Position numbers and translations under genes: made by a program
DNA from: Camelus dromedarius
Lineage: Eukaryota
NCBI RefSeq assembly: GCF_036321535.1
Contig: NC_087436.1
Location: forward strand, 38,504,001-38,568,000
Length of the DNA stretch: 64,000 bases
Direction: 5' to 3'
Part shown: positions 49,521 to 63,560 of the stretch, piece after piece
Position numbering within the stretch: the first letter of the stretch is position 1
Layout: each line of letters starts with the position of its first letter
The notes under the pieces: generated by a model
Told to the model about the DNA's origin: nothing
Database searches by the model: none
The model's input: only the letters and a program-made list of their open reading frames with translations

Positions 49521-52500
49521 TATCCATAAGCAAAACATATGCAGTGGAAAGCAAGAGGGAGCGGATATAATCCATGTGAGGTGGGAGAATAGTCTAGATT
49601 CCACCTTCTCACTCACATGTTCATACAAGTCCATTATACTTAAATTAAAAAATCCCCCCTTACAGATTTGTAGGGGTCTTTTGGGTATTCTTTACCTACC
49701 AGCAAATTTTTCAACAATGGTGGGGATTATTTTTAAAAAATAAAAAGGAAGGGAAAAATGAGAAGTGTAAATGATAGAGAATATTTTCACCTCCATGTCC
49801 AGGCAAATGCATTTCTCTTACAGCTCTTTTGACCCTTGGTAGAAGATACAGACACTCAGCAAGTGAAACTAGTGCTCTTCCCAACACCTGCTCTCCATGT
49901 TTGAGGACTAGAAATAAGCAGGGGAGAAGACTCTATTCAGTCTTCTGCAACACATGCTCACTCGATTGGCACTGTTCCACAGCAAATTAATTACCTGACT
50001 ACAGAAAGAGCAGCTTACTGGAGTTTCAACTAAACAGTAATAACAACAAGACAGTAATAATAATAGCAAAAATAACCATATTAAACACTGGATTTGTTTG
50101 CCTACTGGATTGTTCAGAAATGTGAGGTCCACAGCCCTGATATGTCTGTTGTCCAATGCCTGGTCATCTATAGTATACATAGATCAAAAACTCTTCCCTG
50201 AAAACTCATGAGAAATTTACGTACAGTAAATTCACAGAACTCACAGTTTTTGACTGTGCACTTGGTCAGGGACTAATTGCCATATTAAAATCACCCTCTG
50301 ACAGCTACTGTTTTTTTTAATGTGTGTTGATTTCTTACTTAATCAAAGTTATACAACTTATTTTCCTTGAATGTGGAATTCGAATCTTCATTATTTAACC
50401 TTGATGCAAATCTCACTTTTTTAAAATAAATTAGGACACATTAGCTTCGTGAAAATATTATTTCTAATTATCTAAGTACGCTCCTTTTTCTTCTTTCACC
50501 TCTAACAGAAACAACTCAATCTTTATGCAAAGATATTTGATGACACATGTAATACAGATTTTACAGCATACCATGTCATTTCACTGCATAACTCATTTTA
50601 GTGTTTTTATCTATCAAAATGCAGTATTCATATGCAGTTTCTCTAATAATTTTCTTGCTCCTTGTGAACAGCTATACATAAATGAAGTAACTGCCTTACA
50701 ATATGTAATTAGGCTCACTTATTTATTTGTATTTGGGGATTTAGATAGTGATTTGTCTCCAAAGAGCAACTGAAGTAATTTTTAAAGATGGAAAACATAA
50801 AAATGTTAATGTGAAGACTAGAGGAAAGGTTTTAATTAAGGAGAGGGCTGATAAATTTTCCTGGTGATGACAACTCTTGACATCATTAAATTTCTCTGTG
50901 AGGACATGAGAAAAAAGACAGGAGGGTGCTTTCAGAAAGTCATAGTTTTTATTACTCAAAGCAATGAGCTGTTAAGTACAAGCTTAATTATGACCTCCCT
51001 TTGTCATCTCGATACTTAATAATGCACCAGATGCACTTCTCCTGCTCTGACAGTTGCCTGCTCTGTCAGTTGACTGAGCTCTCCCTGCCAAGTGCGTGGC
51101 TGTCTTCCATCTCCAGAGGAGATAGATAGTTTACCCACATCCAGCCTCCAGGCAAGAGCCAACTCATTTCCTTCTCAAAATATCTTGTATGCTGGGACAA
51201 GTTCCACCAAAAATTAGACTGGAAATTTGTTTTGCTTACTTACTGTACCTTAGGTCAGAAGGAACAGAGGGAAAAAAGTCCTTTATCTCTCACTGTTCTC
51301 ATGATAAATGATTGAGATTTGTCAGATAACATAGTATTTTTATTTTCAAAATAGTTTTAACAGAAAACAGTTGAGGCTTTCTAGAAGCTCAACTGGCTCC
51401 GGAAGCTAATGAAACAATTGAGTCCTGCGCAGATACAGCAAAGGAGCACAACTAATTCAAGGGCTGCTCTGCAACTAACAATTCTTTGAAACTCTTTCAT
51501 TCATTTCTCAGAAGAGATGAGTTCAAGCTGAATAAAGAATTGTATGTTTTTAAAAAGACAAATAGAAAACAGGAGATTATAAAACAGAGTATTCTTATAA
51601 ATTAAAATTATTATTTTTATTTCAAATTAGCTATCATTAATAAAGAATACAATTTTTCCATTTTCAAAGCATAAACATTAATATTAAATTCCAAATTTTC
51701 TTACCAACAGAATGATCCTTCAGCTATTTCAAGTGCTCACCATTGCTTTATTTTTGTTTTTTTATAGAAAACTTAGACCACAGTTTAGGTATAAAACAAG
51801 AGCCTTACAATGTTTTTGTTTTGTTTTGGTTTGATAAAGTATTATTTTCATGCATAATTCCAAAACTTAAGAGTTATTCTTCAGTATTGTACTGATAAAT
51901 ATGGCCTACGCAACAACACAATTATTTTTGCCTTCCAGAGTAAAAGACCTTTGTTCTTCAGCAGTTACACATATACACACACACACACAACTTGAAAACT
52001 GAGCTTCTGTCAGGCCCCTTTGCCATATGTCCATTAAGAAATCAGTAATTTGATCGGCTTTGTCATATAGACTGACCATCTGTAATCCTGGTAACAGTAT
52101 TTAAGCTCTGAGATCCCAGTAGGAAATCTGTTCAAATATGGGACATCCAGTGCTTTATGTTTTCAACTATTTTCAAATTAAATAAAAGGGAAACCTTGGT
52201 TATATTGGGAGAAATTTTATTTTCAAACAGGGAATTATCCAAATAAGCACTTCAGAAGATTATATCCAGTTGCATATAATTAGACACTGTGCATTTCTGG
52301 AAAAATATGATTGGTTGGAGATATCACTCAATAAACAGGGTTTGTGAAAAGTTATGTTCAGCAAAGACAGACACTGACTTTGGCATACTCACAGAATCAA
52401 TGTCTTTTTGGATATAATATTAGAGAATTTTAGTTCTTTAGAATTAACAAAAGTTAACACAGTTACTTTCAGTAAATTTAATCACCAGAACTGAAATAAG

Positions 52501-55500
52501 GCGTTTATCCAACATTTTTAGATGGAGCATGTATAATGTATAGCTAGCATAAGTAGAATGGGCTAGGGAAAAAAATCAGACGATAGCTTAATGAAGAGTT
52601 CCATGGCAAAAGTCATTTCTACGAACGACAGAGAGAACTGTTAGTTTCCTCTCATAAATGTACAATGAAAATATTTATTTGGTTTAATTTGTAAAAGACA
52701 CACTCACACAAAGGCTACCCATTAAATATTTAATTAATTTTACAGTATATTTTACAAAGGTACATTTTTATGTCCTTAGTGGTCCTCAATCTTATACAAC
52801 TTAATATTGAAGAATGGGTTTGTTCTCCATTTGTAAAAAAAGTCAGATAGCTCTAATAATCCAAATACGTCCCTTATATTATTAGGTATTACAGAAACAC
52901 TGCCACATCTGTGGCTGCAACAATCCTGCTCCCTAACTGAGGCACTTGGATGCAGTAGACAGTGCAGAGTGGAGCAGAGAGCAATACCTGCTCTTCAGGA
53001 TCAGTGATCACTTACCCTGGAGCCCCTTCCTAGCAATTCTCTTCACTCTGGATCTTTCCCTCTTACTTCTCTATTCCTCCCTACTTTAGCCAAGTTTCCT
53101 GACCATTGCTCTTTGTTTCCTTAAAATTTTCACATCTTCTAGCTCTCTCCTCTCATTTAAATTTCCTATAGGACACTCTTGACCATTTGCTCAATTGTCA
53201 CTTAATACCTCAAGATGACAGTCTGTGTCTTGTCTCTCCTACAGAGTTCAAAGCCAAGGGTATACACCATGCTTTATGGCTCAGTGTGATCTCATATAAC
53301 CATACAAAATATTTCGATAATTAAATACTAAGTAAATTTATGTTAAGTTGATCCTAGGACCATCCAATTTTAGCATTAAATTCACTGCAGTAGATCAGAA
53401 ATAATCAGAAGATTTACATTTGCAGGACACTCTTGTTTATTAGAATTGGCTGTCTGAAAAGCTGTTCGGAAAAAGATTGAGTAGCAATATCTGCCATGTT
53501 TGTGAGAGATGGGGATAGTGACACACATGTAAATGTTTGCCGCCCAAGATTGTATGAACTTGGCATGAATTAAACGCAAAAAGTTATAGCTTTTCATCTA
53601 ATTGTTTTTAAAAAACTTTGCAGAAGTTGCCGTTGCATGGACTTTTATAGGACAATATGTGTCCCTGGTTATGCACTGCTTCTACTGAAATGAATATTTA
53701 TTTCAAATGAGTGTTTATTTATTTCCTTTAGACCTGTGGGCCAGACTCTGCTCAAGAGTCTGGGAAATGGGCTAGGTACAGCCCAAAATGAATGCTTGCT
53801 TTGGAGGGTGCAGGTCTTTAGGCCTGCATAACACTGTTTTATAATTACCCCCACTCCTACTCTAATGATGGGCCATGTGAAAAGATATTCAGCCTCCACA
53901 AGCGACTGACTCTCCACTGTTTCAGATTTTAGTAGTAACAGCCATAACAATAATAATTTCCTGGTTCAGAAAACTGATTATTTGCTTTAAGTTTTATTTT
54001 ATCATATTTAATAGCAATTGTTGAAGTTTTCTATGATTTATAAAACTGGAGACCAAATAGAGTTGCTTGTATAAATTCTGAAAGCAAAATAAATAGTACT
54101 TTGCTCTTCCCAGAACGTTCTAATCCCACGTACGCTAAAGGATCCTGAGTATCACTGAATGCGACGCTTGGGCTCTCATCTCTCATCTCGCATCCTCCAA
54201 GTGTACTGACAGTCAGAGCCAATCTTGATAAAAGTTTCTTATTAGTGTGTTCTCATCAGAAAACACCATATTCCACACTAAACAACTAAGAAGTCAGCCA
54301 AGCTACCATTTGCCTTTCATCACTGTCTTCAATCTTAGAAGTTTAGATTTCAGGAGACCAAACAGTACTCCACTTGGAATTATAAAGCATTATGTAACCC
54401 ATTCCATTACCTTAGAAAGTAAAAGCTAATGTGACAGTTGCAAACCTATGCCAGATAACCCACAGGTGCTTCAATTTCACTCGATTTACTTTCAGGATCT
54501 CTCAGCTGCTATTTCTCAAGAGTTGCCAGGAACACTGTTCTTACTAAGTCTACAGAGCTCTTAATATATGGGGTAATTTTCTTCCTACATGGAGAGGAAA
54601 AAACTAGATAATGAAAATCAGGCTCTTTATCGATGGAAGCAGTGATACAAACGAAACTAAACATAAAAAAAATTTCACACTTGGAGAAATAATTGTAAGT
54701 GATAGGAAAAACAAACATATAAAAAGCACAAACGATAATTAAGTACAGAAATTAAAAATACTAACAGCATATATAAACAAATGGGTTAGCCCATACTGTG
54801 AAATGGTAAATTGACTAAATAAAATGATATGTTCCATTTTCTCTTATACACACTTGTCAAAGTTAATACTGTATAAAAATGTTTGGCTATTTTACATGTT
54901 TCCCTTTGTAAAAGAGACCTCTGCATACTTTTTCGTGTCCTTTTTTCCCCTTTTGTCAATAGGCAGGAAGTTTCATATATAGATTTTGCTTATTCTTCCT
55001 CTGTCAATAGTTTCAAGTCAGTGTGACAACAGAATGATCTGATCTTTTAAAAACGTCTGCTACTTTCAGAAAGAACTTTTAAATAAAATTTTTATTTAAT
55101 TTCTTTTTGAGGGAGTTAGCAGAAGAACTTTAGAAAGATTACATATACTTTATTTGATGTACTGATGTGGTTTTATTTCTCTTCTGTTACATGCCGGAAA
55201 GAGCCATTTGAACCCTCAGATGAGGTGATCCTGTGGATGGTACAATGACAAATGCATTTTTAAATGAACATCTCATTAGTGCTTAGATCTGCGGGTGAGG
55301 GAGTAAATTGAAGGCAGAGAACTGCATTCCATTTTCAATGTATGGATTAAGAAGTAATTGTACACCATAGCTTCCAGAGTCTTTCCAGTTTCATGGCCAT
55401 GTCATTAAAAATGTGCAAGGTATTGTTTCTCTTCTTAGCTTAAATCTAAAAGATGCATGTACTTACACATTTTTTTGTCATCACCTTTATACTCATGTCA

Positions 55501-57884
55501 AACCTCTCACTAAACAGCTTAAATGAGGTTAGAGAATTTTTATCCGGAACTTGAGAATGTTGGTACTTTGTAGCAATTTAATTTTGTAGAAAATTAGATT
55601 ATTTAACATTATCTCTGGTGAAGTAGGGGAGGGAACAGGAGATGTGAAAAATAATCTTGTCCAAAATGGATTCAACCTCAGCTCACATCTTGGAACATAC
55701 CAAAGCACCCTGGAAACTTGCCAAGTTCTACTTGCATTGAAGGGACCTAGATTGTCTCTGTTGACCTGTCAGGTATGTTTGATTTGAATTCAAATACATT
55801 TTTCAAGTGAATATTTGCAAATGTGACTGATTCCATAAGATGTAGAGTTACACTAGATAAGGAAGAAGTTTTAATGCAAGGGATGCAGTACACTTTGATA
55901 TAACTATTGGAATATTTGTAAATCGGGTTTCAGCCTTTCCAGATGTAACAGCATCTATCTCAATAGTTATGGTTTTGACTATTACCGAGAAGACTGAGCA
56001 AATATTGTAATACACATGTTAGAAAGATCATTACTATCCTATAAACAATGCAATTTGTTTTAGACATGTTTTGCACATGCATAAGATGTTTTGTCTGTCC
56101 CCATTTTTATTCTACTATTTTAATCCTGAGGCTGCTTTGACATTTTGTTTATAAACATAAATAATTAAAATAAGAATTTTGTCTACATTGGAATTTTGTT
56201 TGAAAATATTCATCAGGTTTCAATTACTTTCTATAAACATTTACAGTAATTTTTTCTCTGATTATTCAGTCTGTTTTTCATATCTACTTTTACACTTTAT
56301 AGCTTTTGCCTTTTTGAGTGTTCTTTTGCTGCCATGATATCAAATCCAAATTTCTTCATTCAAATTTTACTTTGTTGTGTGTAGTTTTTATTGTCAATTT
56401 AAATTTGTGTTGTTTATTTTGACTATACGTATCTACCATGAATCCTCTCATATAATTGAGGATTTCTATATCTGTCCAGGACAAACCTACTATAATACTA
56501 TTTAATATAACCTACAAATTCTAATATAAACTTTTAAGAAACTTTTTTTCATATGATATAAGATTTTGTTATGTCTTAGATTGACTCTTTTAGAGTCAAT
56601 GAAAGAGTAATTTAATTTTCCAAATGCTTATGTTCTCTTTGAATATAACGTACAGACTTATTCCTGCTGAGCAAATGAAGATCAAAAACACCAGTGCAAA
56701 GTGCATTCAAGATCAAATCACTAGGTATAAACTGGCATGTGTCATTATCCCCATTCTTTATGGCTTCTGCTAAGCAGCTAGGAGAGGTTTTGTTCCCTCT
56801 CTCATTGTGTCCCTTATGTCCCACTCAAGTTCACATCAGCCAACTAAAATATTTATCAAATACTTAAGGAATCACCTTTTTGCAACTTACTCTGACTATC
56901 TTCCTTCTAGTCAATCATCCAAAAGAAATTATTCTGTCCCAGACCATGCCAGACACCGAATAGGAGCTAAATAAATATCTACAAGTTAATTAATAGGCAG
57001 ATTCTATTCTTGAGATGTAAAGGATTACAGAAACCAGTAGTTTTCTAAAGCAAGGTGCATTGTGTATATTTATAATATTAGACATCAGTCTGGAAATACC
57101 ATGTCATCTCAACATTCTGCAAGTCTTTAAATAAACATTCTGGGTTTCTTAATGCTGATTTCCATACCTCCAGTCTATTGAAGCATTTGTGAAAAAACCC
57201 ACTGACAAAGATAATCTACATTTTATTTGTGTATTACTTTAAGTAAACTTAAAGGAGTCATTCAAGAGGAGTAGAGAGCTCAATCAATATATTAGAAGCA
57301 GTTGGAGGACATCTAGTTGATACCAAGAGCCTCCTTTTATAAGGGAATTCTTCCTTCATAGCAAGGAAAAAAGACAGAGAGAAGGGAGGGATGACAGAAA
57401 AGTCCTCAAACCTGTTGTCTGGAAGATTGTAGAAACTGTTTAGGCCAGGATAATTTAAAAGCAAGTTAGACTATTTGCAAAGAGTAGCAAAGAGCTCCTA
57501 ATGACACAAATCCCTAGAGGATTAATGTCCCTGAGTGAGTTTGGACATAAATAAATAAGACAAGCCCTGAGAAAATAATTTGAGATGTGGAAGAATGATA
57601 AACAAGTTAAAAATTATGGGAGAGAGAGAAAGATGAGGAGGAGGAGGAGGACAAGGAGTTGAGAAAAATATAAATTACACGTATGTTAGAGAGATTTTTG
57701 TTGTTATTTGCCACTTTCTTTTTAAACTAGAACATTTCACAGGTGATACGTTTATAGGAAAGTTGTTAGATATATATTATTTGATAAACCACTTCCAAAA
57801 GTTTTACTGTAATAGTCCCTCCACATTTTTCATAAAAGACTTAAGATGTACTGGGGACAATTTTTTAAAGCCAGTGTGGGCTTT

Positions 57885-60800
57885 AAGTTCTGGTCATGAT
57901 AGAACACAGCCATAAACAACTACAGATCTGGAAACACTATGTAAAACAATTGTTTCCAAGCATTGGATAACAGAAAGCACTGAATGTAATCCTTCAGAGA
58001 AGAGAAATGCATGAAGTAAGCTACACATTCACTCTGATTTTCTCCCGGAGAGTCCTCTTTCCAAAATGAAGTGGAGGCAAGTTGACTTCAAAAGAAAGCA
58101 GTAATCATGCTGATTGGAGGAAAACAAAATCAGTGTTCAGGGCTGCTGGAGTAACTGGAATTTGCTGGAAAGGTACCAGAGAGGAAGATAATGTTCAAAG
58201 AAGGAACAACAGAAATCTTCACAGGATTCCACTAAGTTTGAGCCAAATACTACTTTATACTATGTACAGGGCAAAATTTTACAAGGACTCAAGCAGAATA
58301 GTTACCGGGTGACTGTGAGTTGAATAATGATTCTGAAGATAATATAGTGTTAGGAAAACCTGGCGTTCCAACCATTCACAGTGACGAGAACTTGCCGAAC
58401 ATTCTGGGCGTTCAGTTGAGAGCCTAAAAAGGAGAGACTTCAGGAGGGTTACACTAAGGGCACAGTAAGCATAACCAAATAAAGTCTTAAACCAAGCCTC
58501 AATAGGATCAAGCTGATCCTCTAGTGAATTAACTGCCCATCAGTACAAAACTCAATAATCTTTATAGGAAAACAAAACCTAGATTCTCAGTAACATAGCA
58601 TCTATAATTCCCTTCAGACTATCAAAAATGAATGTGAAGACACAAAATATAACATGTAATCATGAAAAACAATAGACAAAAGAAACAATCTCAGAGATGA
58701 CACAGATGTTGGAATTGGAAAGTAAGGTCCTTAAAACAGCCATTATAAATAGATGAAGGGATAAAATGTACATTTCAAGATGCTAAACAGTTATCAAGAA
58801 GTCATAATCCTCTTCCAATGCACCTAATAATAGGGTTTCAAACTACATACAGAAAAAACTGAAAAAATTAAAAGAAGCACAGACAAAGCCACAAATATAA
58901 TCTATAGAAAAAATATAGATATTTTCACACTCCCTTCTCAGTAACTGACAGAATAAGAAAACTGAAAAATCAGGAAGAATAGAGAAGACTTGAAGAACAT
59001 TATCAACCAATTTAATCCAACCGATTATATTTATGGAATACTATACCCAGCACCTAGAGAATTCTTTTGAAGTGCACATGTAATATTCAAGACAGATCAT
59101 GTACTTTGCAAAAAAAAAAAAGTCCCCCCAAAGTGTAATAGAATTAAAATCATGCAAAGTATGCTCTCCAACCATAATAAAATTAAATTTAAAATAAAAG
59201 AACACAAGGCAATTGTGAAAATATAAAACTATTTCAAAATAAGCAATGCATTTCTAAATAATCCATAAGTCCAAAAAGAAAACACAGCATAATCAGAAAA
59301 CGTTTTTAACTAAATGATAATGAAAGCACAATAGGTCCAAATTTGGGTGATACTGCTAAAGTGGTGCTTAAAACGAAATTTATAGCTCTATATTAGAAGA
59401 GAAGTGGATCTAAGCTTAAAATTTAACTATAAGAAGAACACTAAATGCAAATAAATGAAAGGGAGAACACAATAAATATAAAAGCAGGAATCAATAAAAC
59501 AGAATATAAACAAACACAATAATGAAGGTCAAAAGTTGATTCTTTGAATAGACTAATAAAATTGATAAACACATAACTAGACTGATCAAGAATAAAAAAG
59601 GGCAAAAATACTCGTATCAAGAATGAAAGCTATAGCACAGGGAACTATATTCAATATCTTATAATAACCTTTAATGAAAAAGAATATGAAAACGAATATA
59701 TGTATGTATATGCATGACTTGGACATTAGGCTGTACACCAGAAATTGACACATTGTAACTGACTATACTCCAATACAAAAAAAAAAAAAATAGGACTCAA
59801 AGTAACCTATACAGTAACCCCCCCCCCGCAAAGGAATGAAAGAAGGCATCACTAGGGAAACTGCAGATATTAAATATCAAAAAGGTAATATTAAAATTTT
59901 TTATGCTGAAAAACTGGACAACTCAAGTGAAATGCAAAAAACCAATTTGGGGTGAGGGACACACACTGCCAAAACAGACACAAGAAGTTAGAAATCTGAG
60001 TATCACAGTATCTCTTTGAATTTGTAATTAGAAGCTTTCCTTCAAAGAAAATTCCAGGCCAATGTGGAGTCTCTGATGAATTCTATTAGCATGTAAGGAA
60101 GAAATAATACTAATTCTACACAATTTTTTTCCAGAAAATAGAGGAAGATGGAGAAGAAATGCTTTCCAATTCATTTTATGAGGTTAGGATAAGCTTGATA
60201 CTATAACTAGACAAGGACATTACAGATCAATATCTATCATGAACATAGACACAAAAAATCCCTAACAAAATATTAGTAATTTAAATCTAGCAATGTATAA
60301 AAAAGACTATATATCATTACCAAGTGAAATTTTTCACAGGAAGGTGAGGCTGGTTCAACATCAGAAAATCAATTAATACACTTAACCACAAAAACATGGA
60401 AAAGGAAAATTATATGATCATCTCAATAGGTTCAGAAAAAAATTTGAAAAAAATCAATCTCTTCATGATAAAAAATTTTAACACATTAGGAACAGACTCT
60501 GATAACAAGTATTTGTTGAAAACCTACAGCTAAAATTATGTTTGATGGTAAAAGACTGAATGCTTTCTTAAGGATGTCTACACTCTCACCACTTCTTTTC
60601 AACATTTTTCTCGAGGTCCTAGCCAATGAAACTGTGAAAAATAAAGTATAAATACTGGAAACAAAAAAAACTAAAACTCTCCATTATTTACAGATAATTG
60701 TTTAAACAGAAAATACCAAAGAATCTACAACACAACTCCTAGAACTATTAAGTAAATTTAGCAGGGTTACAGGATACTAATACATGTCAAATACAAAAAC

Positions 60801-62490
60801 AAATTGTTTTTCTAGATTTCAGCAATGAGCACTTAGAAAATAAAAGTTAAAACCATCAACTACAATAGCATAAAAAATATAAAAAATAAGATACTTAGAG
60901 ATAAATAAAATAAGTGCAAGAGCTCCTCACAAGAAACTACAAATCATTGCTGAGAAAAAAATTAAAGAACACTTGACCTGAAAGAAACATACATCCATGA
61001 ATTAGAAAACTCAGTATTGTTAAAGTGTTATTTTTTCCCAAGTTGATCTGTAGATTGAATGCAACCCCAATCACAATACCAGTAGGCTTTTTCAAGTTGT
61101 TTTGCTTTTAGAAACCAGAAAATTGATTCCATATGAAAATGCAATGATGTATATGAAAATACAAAATATCTAGAAAAACTAATTTTGAAAAAGGAGAAAT
61201 AGACTGGAGAATTTACACTACTTGATTTCAAGAAATACTGTAAATTCATAGTAATCAAGCTAGTGTAGTACTGGCATAAGGACAGACAAGTTGATCAAAG
61301 AAAAACCATAGAATCGCATAAATAAACCCAAACTTATTTAAAATCATAAACCTAAACGCAAAAGTTAAAATGTTAACACATCTAGGAAAAAATTTATAAT
61401 TTTTTGCCAACTTAAGTAAGGCAAACACTTCTTAGGACACAGAAAGCACTAACCATTAAAAAATGACAAACTAGATTTTATTCAAATTAAAAACTAATGC
61501 TCATCAGAGACACTATTAAGAATAAGCAAGGGATAGACCAAGAGAAAATCTTTGCAAAATATAGGACTTTTTTCCAAAATATATAAAGTCTAAATCACTT
61601 ATAATGAGACAACCTATGCTAAAAAAATTGGCAAAAGATCAAACAGATACTTCACAAAGGAAAATATACAAATAACCAGTAAGACATGAAAAGTGCTTAA
61701 CATCATTCATCATCAGGGAAATTAAAATTAAAACCAAAATGCAATACTACTACACACTAGGATGACTCAAAAACAATGACAATACCAAGTGCTGGTGAGA
61801 ACAACCAGAACTCTCACATGTCACTAGTGGGAGAGTAAAATGTACAAGCTTTGGAAAACAGCTGTGAGGTTCCCATAATATTAATAAAGTTCCTACCTAT
61901 GCCCCATCAATTCCCTAGGTATATACCTGAGATTAAAGTAAACGTATGTCCACAAATATCTGCACAAGAATGTTTACAGCAAATTTATTCATAAGTTGAT
62001 AAAAAGTTCATAGTTATAATTCACATTATTTATTCATAAAAAGCCCTAAATGGAAGCAATCCAAATGTATGTCAAAAGGAAAATGAGTAAACAAGTTGTG
62101 GTATATTCAGACAACGGAATATTATTAAGCGACATGAAGGAATGAACTACTCCTGTATGCAACAACATGGGTCAATCTCCAAAATACACTGAGCAAAATA
62201 TGCAGACACAAAATTATGCTTACTGTATATTTTCACTTACATGATGATCCAGACAGGCAGAACTACTACTTTATGGGTTTAGATTTCAGAACAGTAGTTT
62301 CCTGTGGGAAAGGGAGTTGACTGGAAAAGGGCAAGAAGGAACATTCTGGGATGAAGGAAAAAAATTCCATTATCTTGAAAAACAATGTGGGTTAGGTTTA
62401 TGTGACTTTGCCAAAACTCTTCAAATTATACACTTAGGATATATGCATTTCACTATATATAAATTTTACATTAATACAAGTTTTAAAAAA
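57885..62490 (+). mobile_element. Old, long, highly degenerate L1 (about 4.6 kb, L1M/MC/ME-type)
   Basis: A-rich ORF2 motifs (aaaagttgattctttgaa; ggctggttcaacatcagaaaatcaattaat; atatgatcatctcaatag); 3' end atgcatttcactatatataaattttac plus A tail. Confidence 0.88.
59631..59790 (+). mobile_element. Young L1 3' tip nested in the old L1
   Basis: Same family as the 8241 element (ctgtacaccagaaattgac); A14 tail; flanks aagaatgaaag (59619-59629) and aggaatgaaag (59832-59842). Confidence 0.9.
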
Positions 62491-62954
62491 GGAAATTATA
62501 TCTACATGTGGTTTGTTCTAAGGCCAGAATTCTTTCTGAAAAACTAACAACGTCACTGCATGCTGAGACAAGGTGCTTTGTTTGCTTCTGTCAAGCTTTT
62601 ACACTGGTACCCGATCTTGACCATATTTCATACATTCAATTAACATATATTTTTTAAACATTGCTAATTGTTTCTGTAAGTGATCAGACTTTTGTCACAT
62701 TTATCTGCCAACTTGATAAACAATGAACCATCCTTGTCAAGGGTCTGGTCAATAGCAAGGGGTGTTTTTAGTGAGGATTAGTCCTTTCCTGAGGCATTAA
62801 CTCCTCAGCTCAGTAATATCCTGCAGCTCAGTAATACTCTCTGCCATTAAAACAAAATTTCCCATGTCCTTGAGCTTGGATAGCTCTTTTCACCTCTGTA
62901 TTTTGGTTTGCACTTTGCCCACAATCTGAAACAACTTCTCCTTTTCTACATTTC

Positions 62955-63560
62955 TCATTCATTCAACAAATATTTATTGCACAGCTACCATGTGTCAAGT
63001 TACCACCTGTGTGCAGGGTGGTAAGCAGCCAATGCTAAAAACAAACAAACAAAATTTATAAATGAGATTTCATCCCTCTTTGAGTTTATAGTCTGGAGTA
63101 TCTGGGTTCAGACTGTAATCAAATAATCACACATGAATGTGTACAATTAGAACTGTGAAACAGCACAATATACGCATTGGGAATAAACGTTAAGTGGTAT
63201 GTGAGAGCATTTAACAAGCAGATCTCATTTATAACGAAACAAGCAGATTTTGTCTGATGAGATAAATTCTGAACTGTAATCAAGAGATTTTTGTAAGAGC
63301 AGACTAGGAAATACAGACGAAATGGTGGGTGGATGGGTTTCAGGCAGAGGGAGTGGCATGTCCAAAGTTGTTACAGCAGGAGGGAGCATGGTATTACAGA
63401 GGAGCCAAAAGAAGTCCAGAGTACTGGAGAGCAGAGAGCACAGGACCAGATATGCTGGAGAAGCAGGCATGCTGAATATTTTAGCCTTTGTTTCTCAACA
63501 GTAGGAAGCCACCAAACGGGTTTAGGCATATGTGTTGGGGTAAGGAAAGAATTTTTAAAC
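62955..63560 (-). mobile_element. L2 3' fragment
   Basis: cattcattcaacaaatatttattgcacagctaccatgtgtcaag, the reverse L2 terminus. Confidence 0.8.

Noticed and set aside
52898..52918. CTCF-like site ctgccacatctgtggctg
   Set aside because: Spacing does not fit the core consensus.
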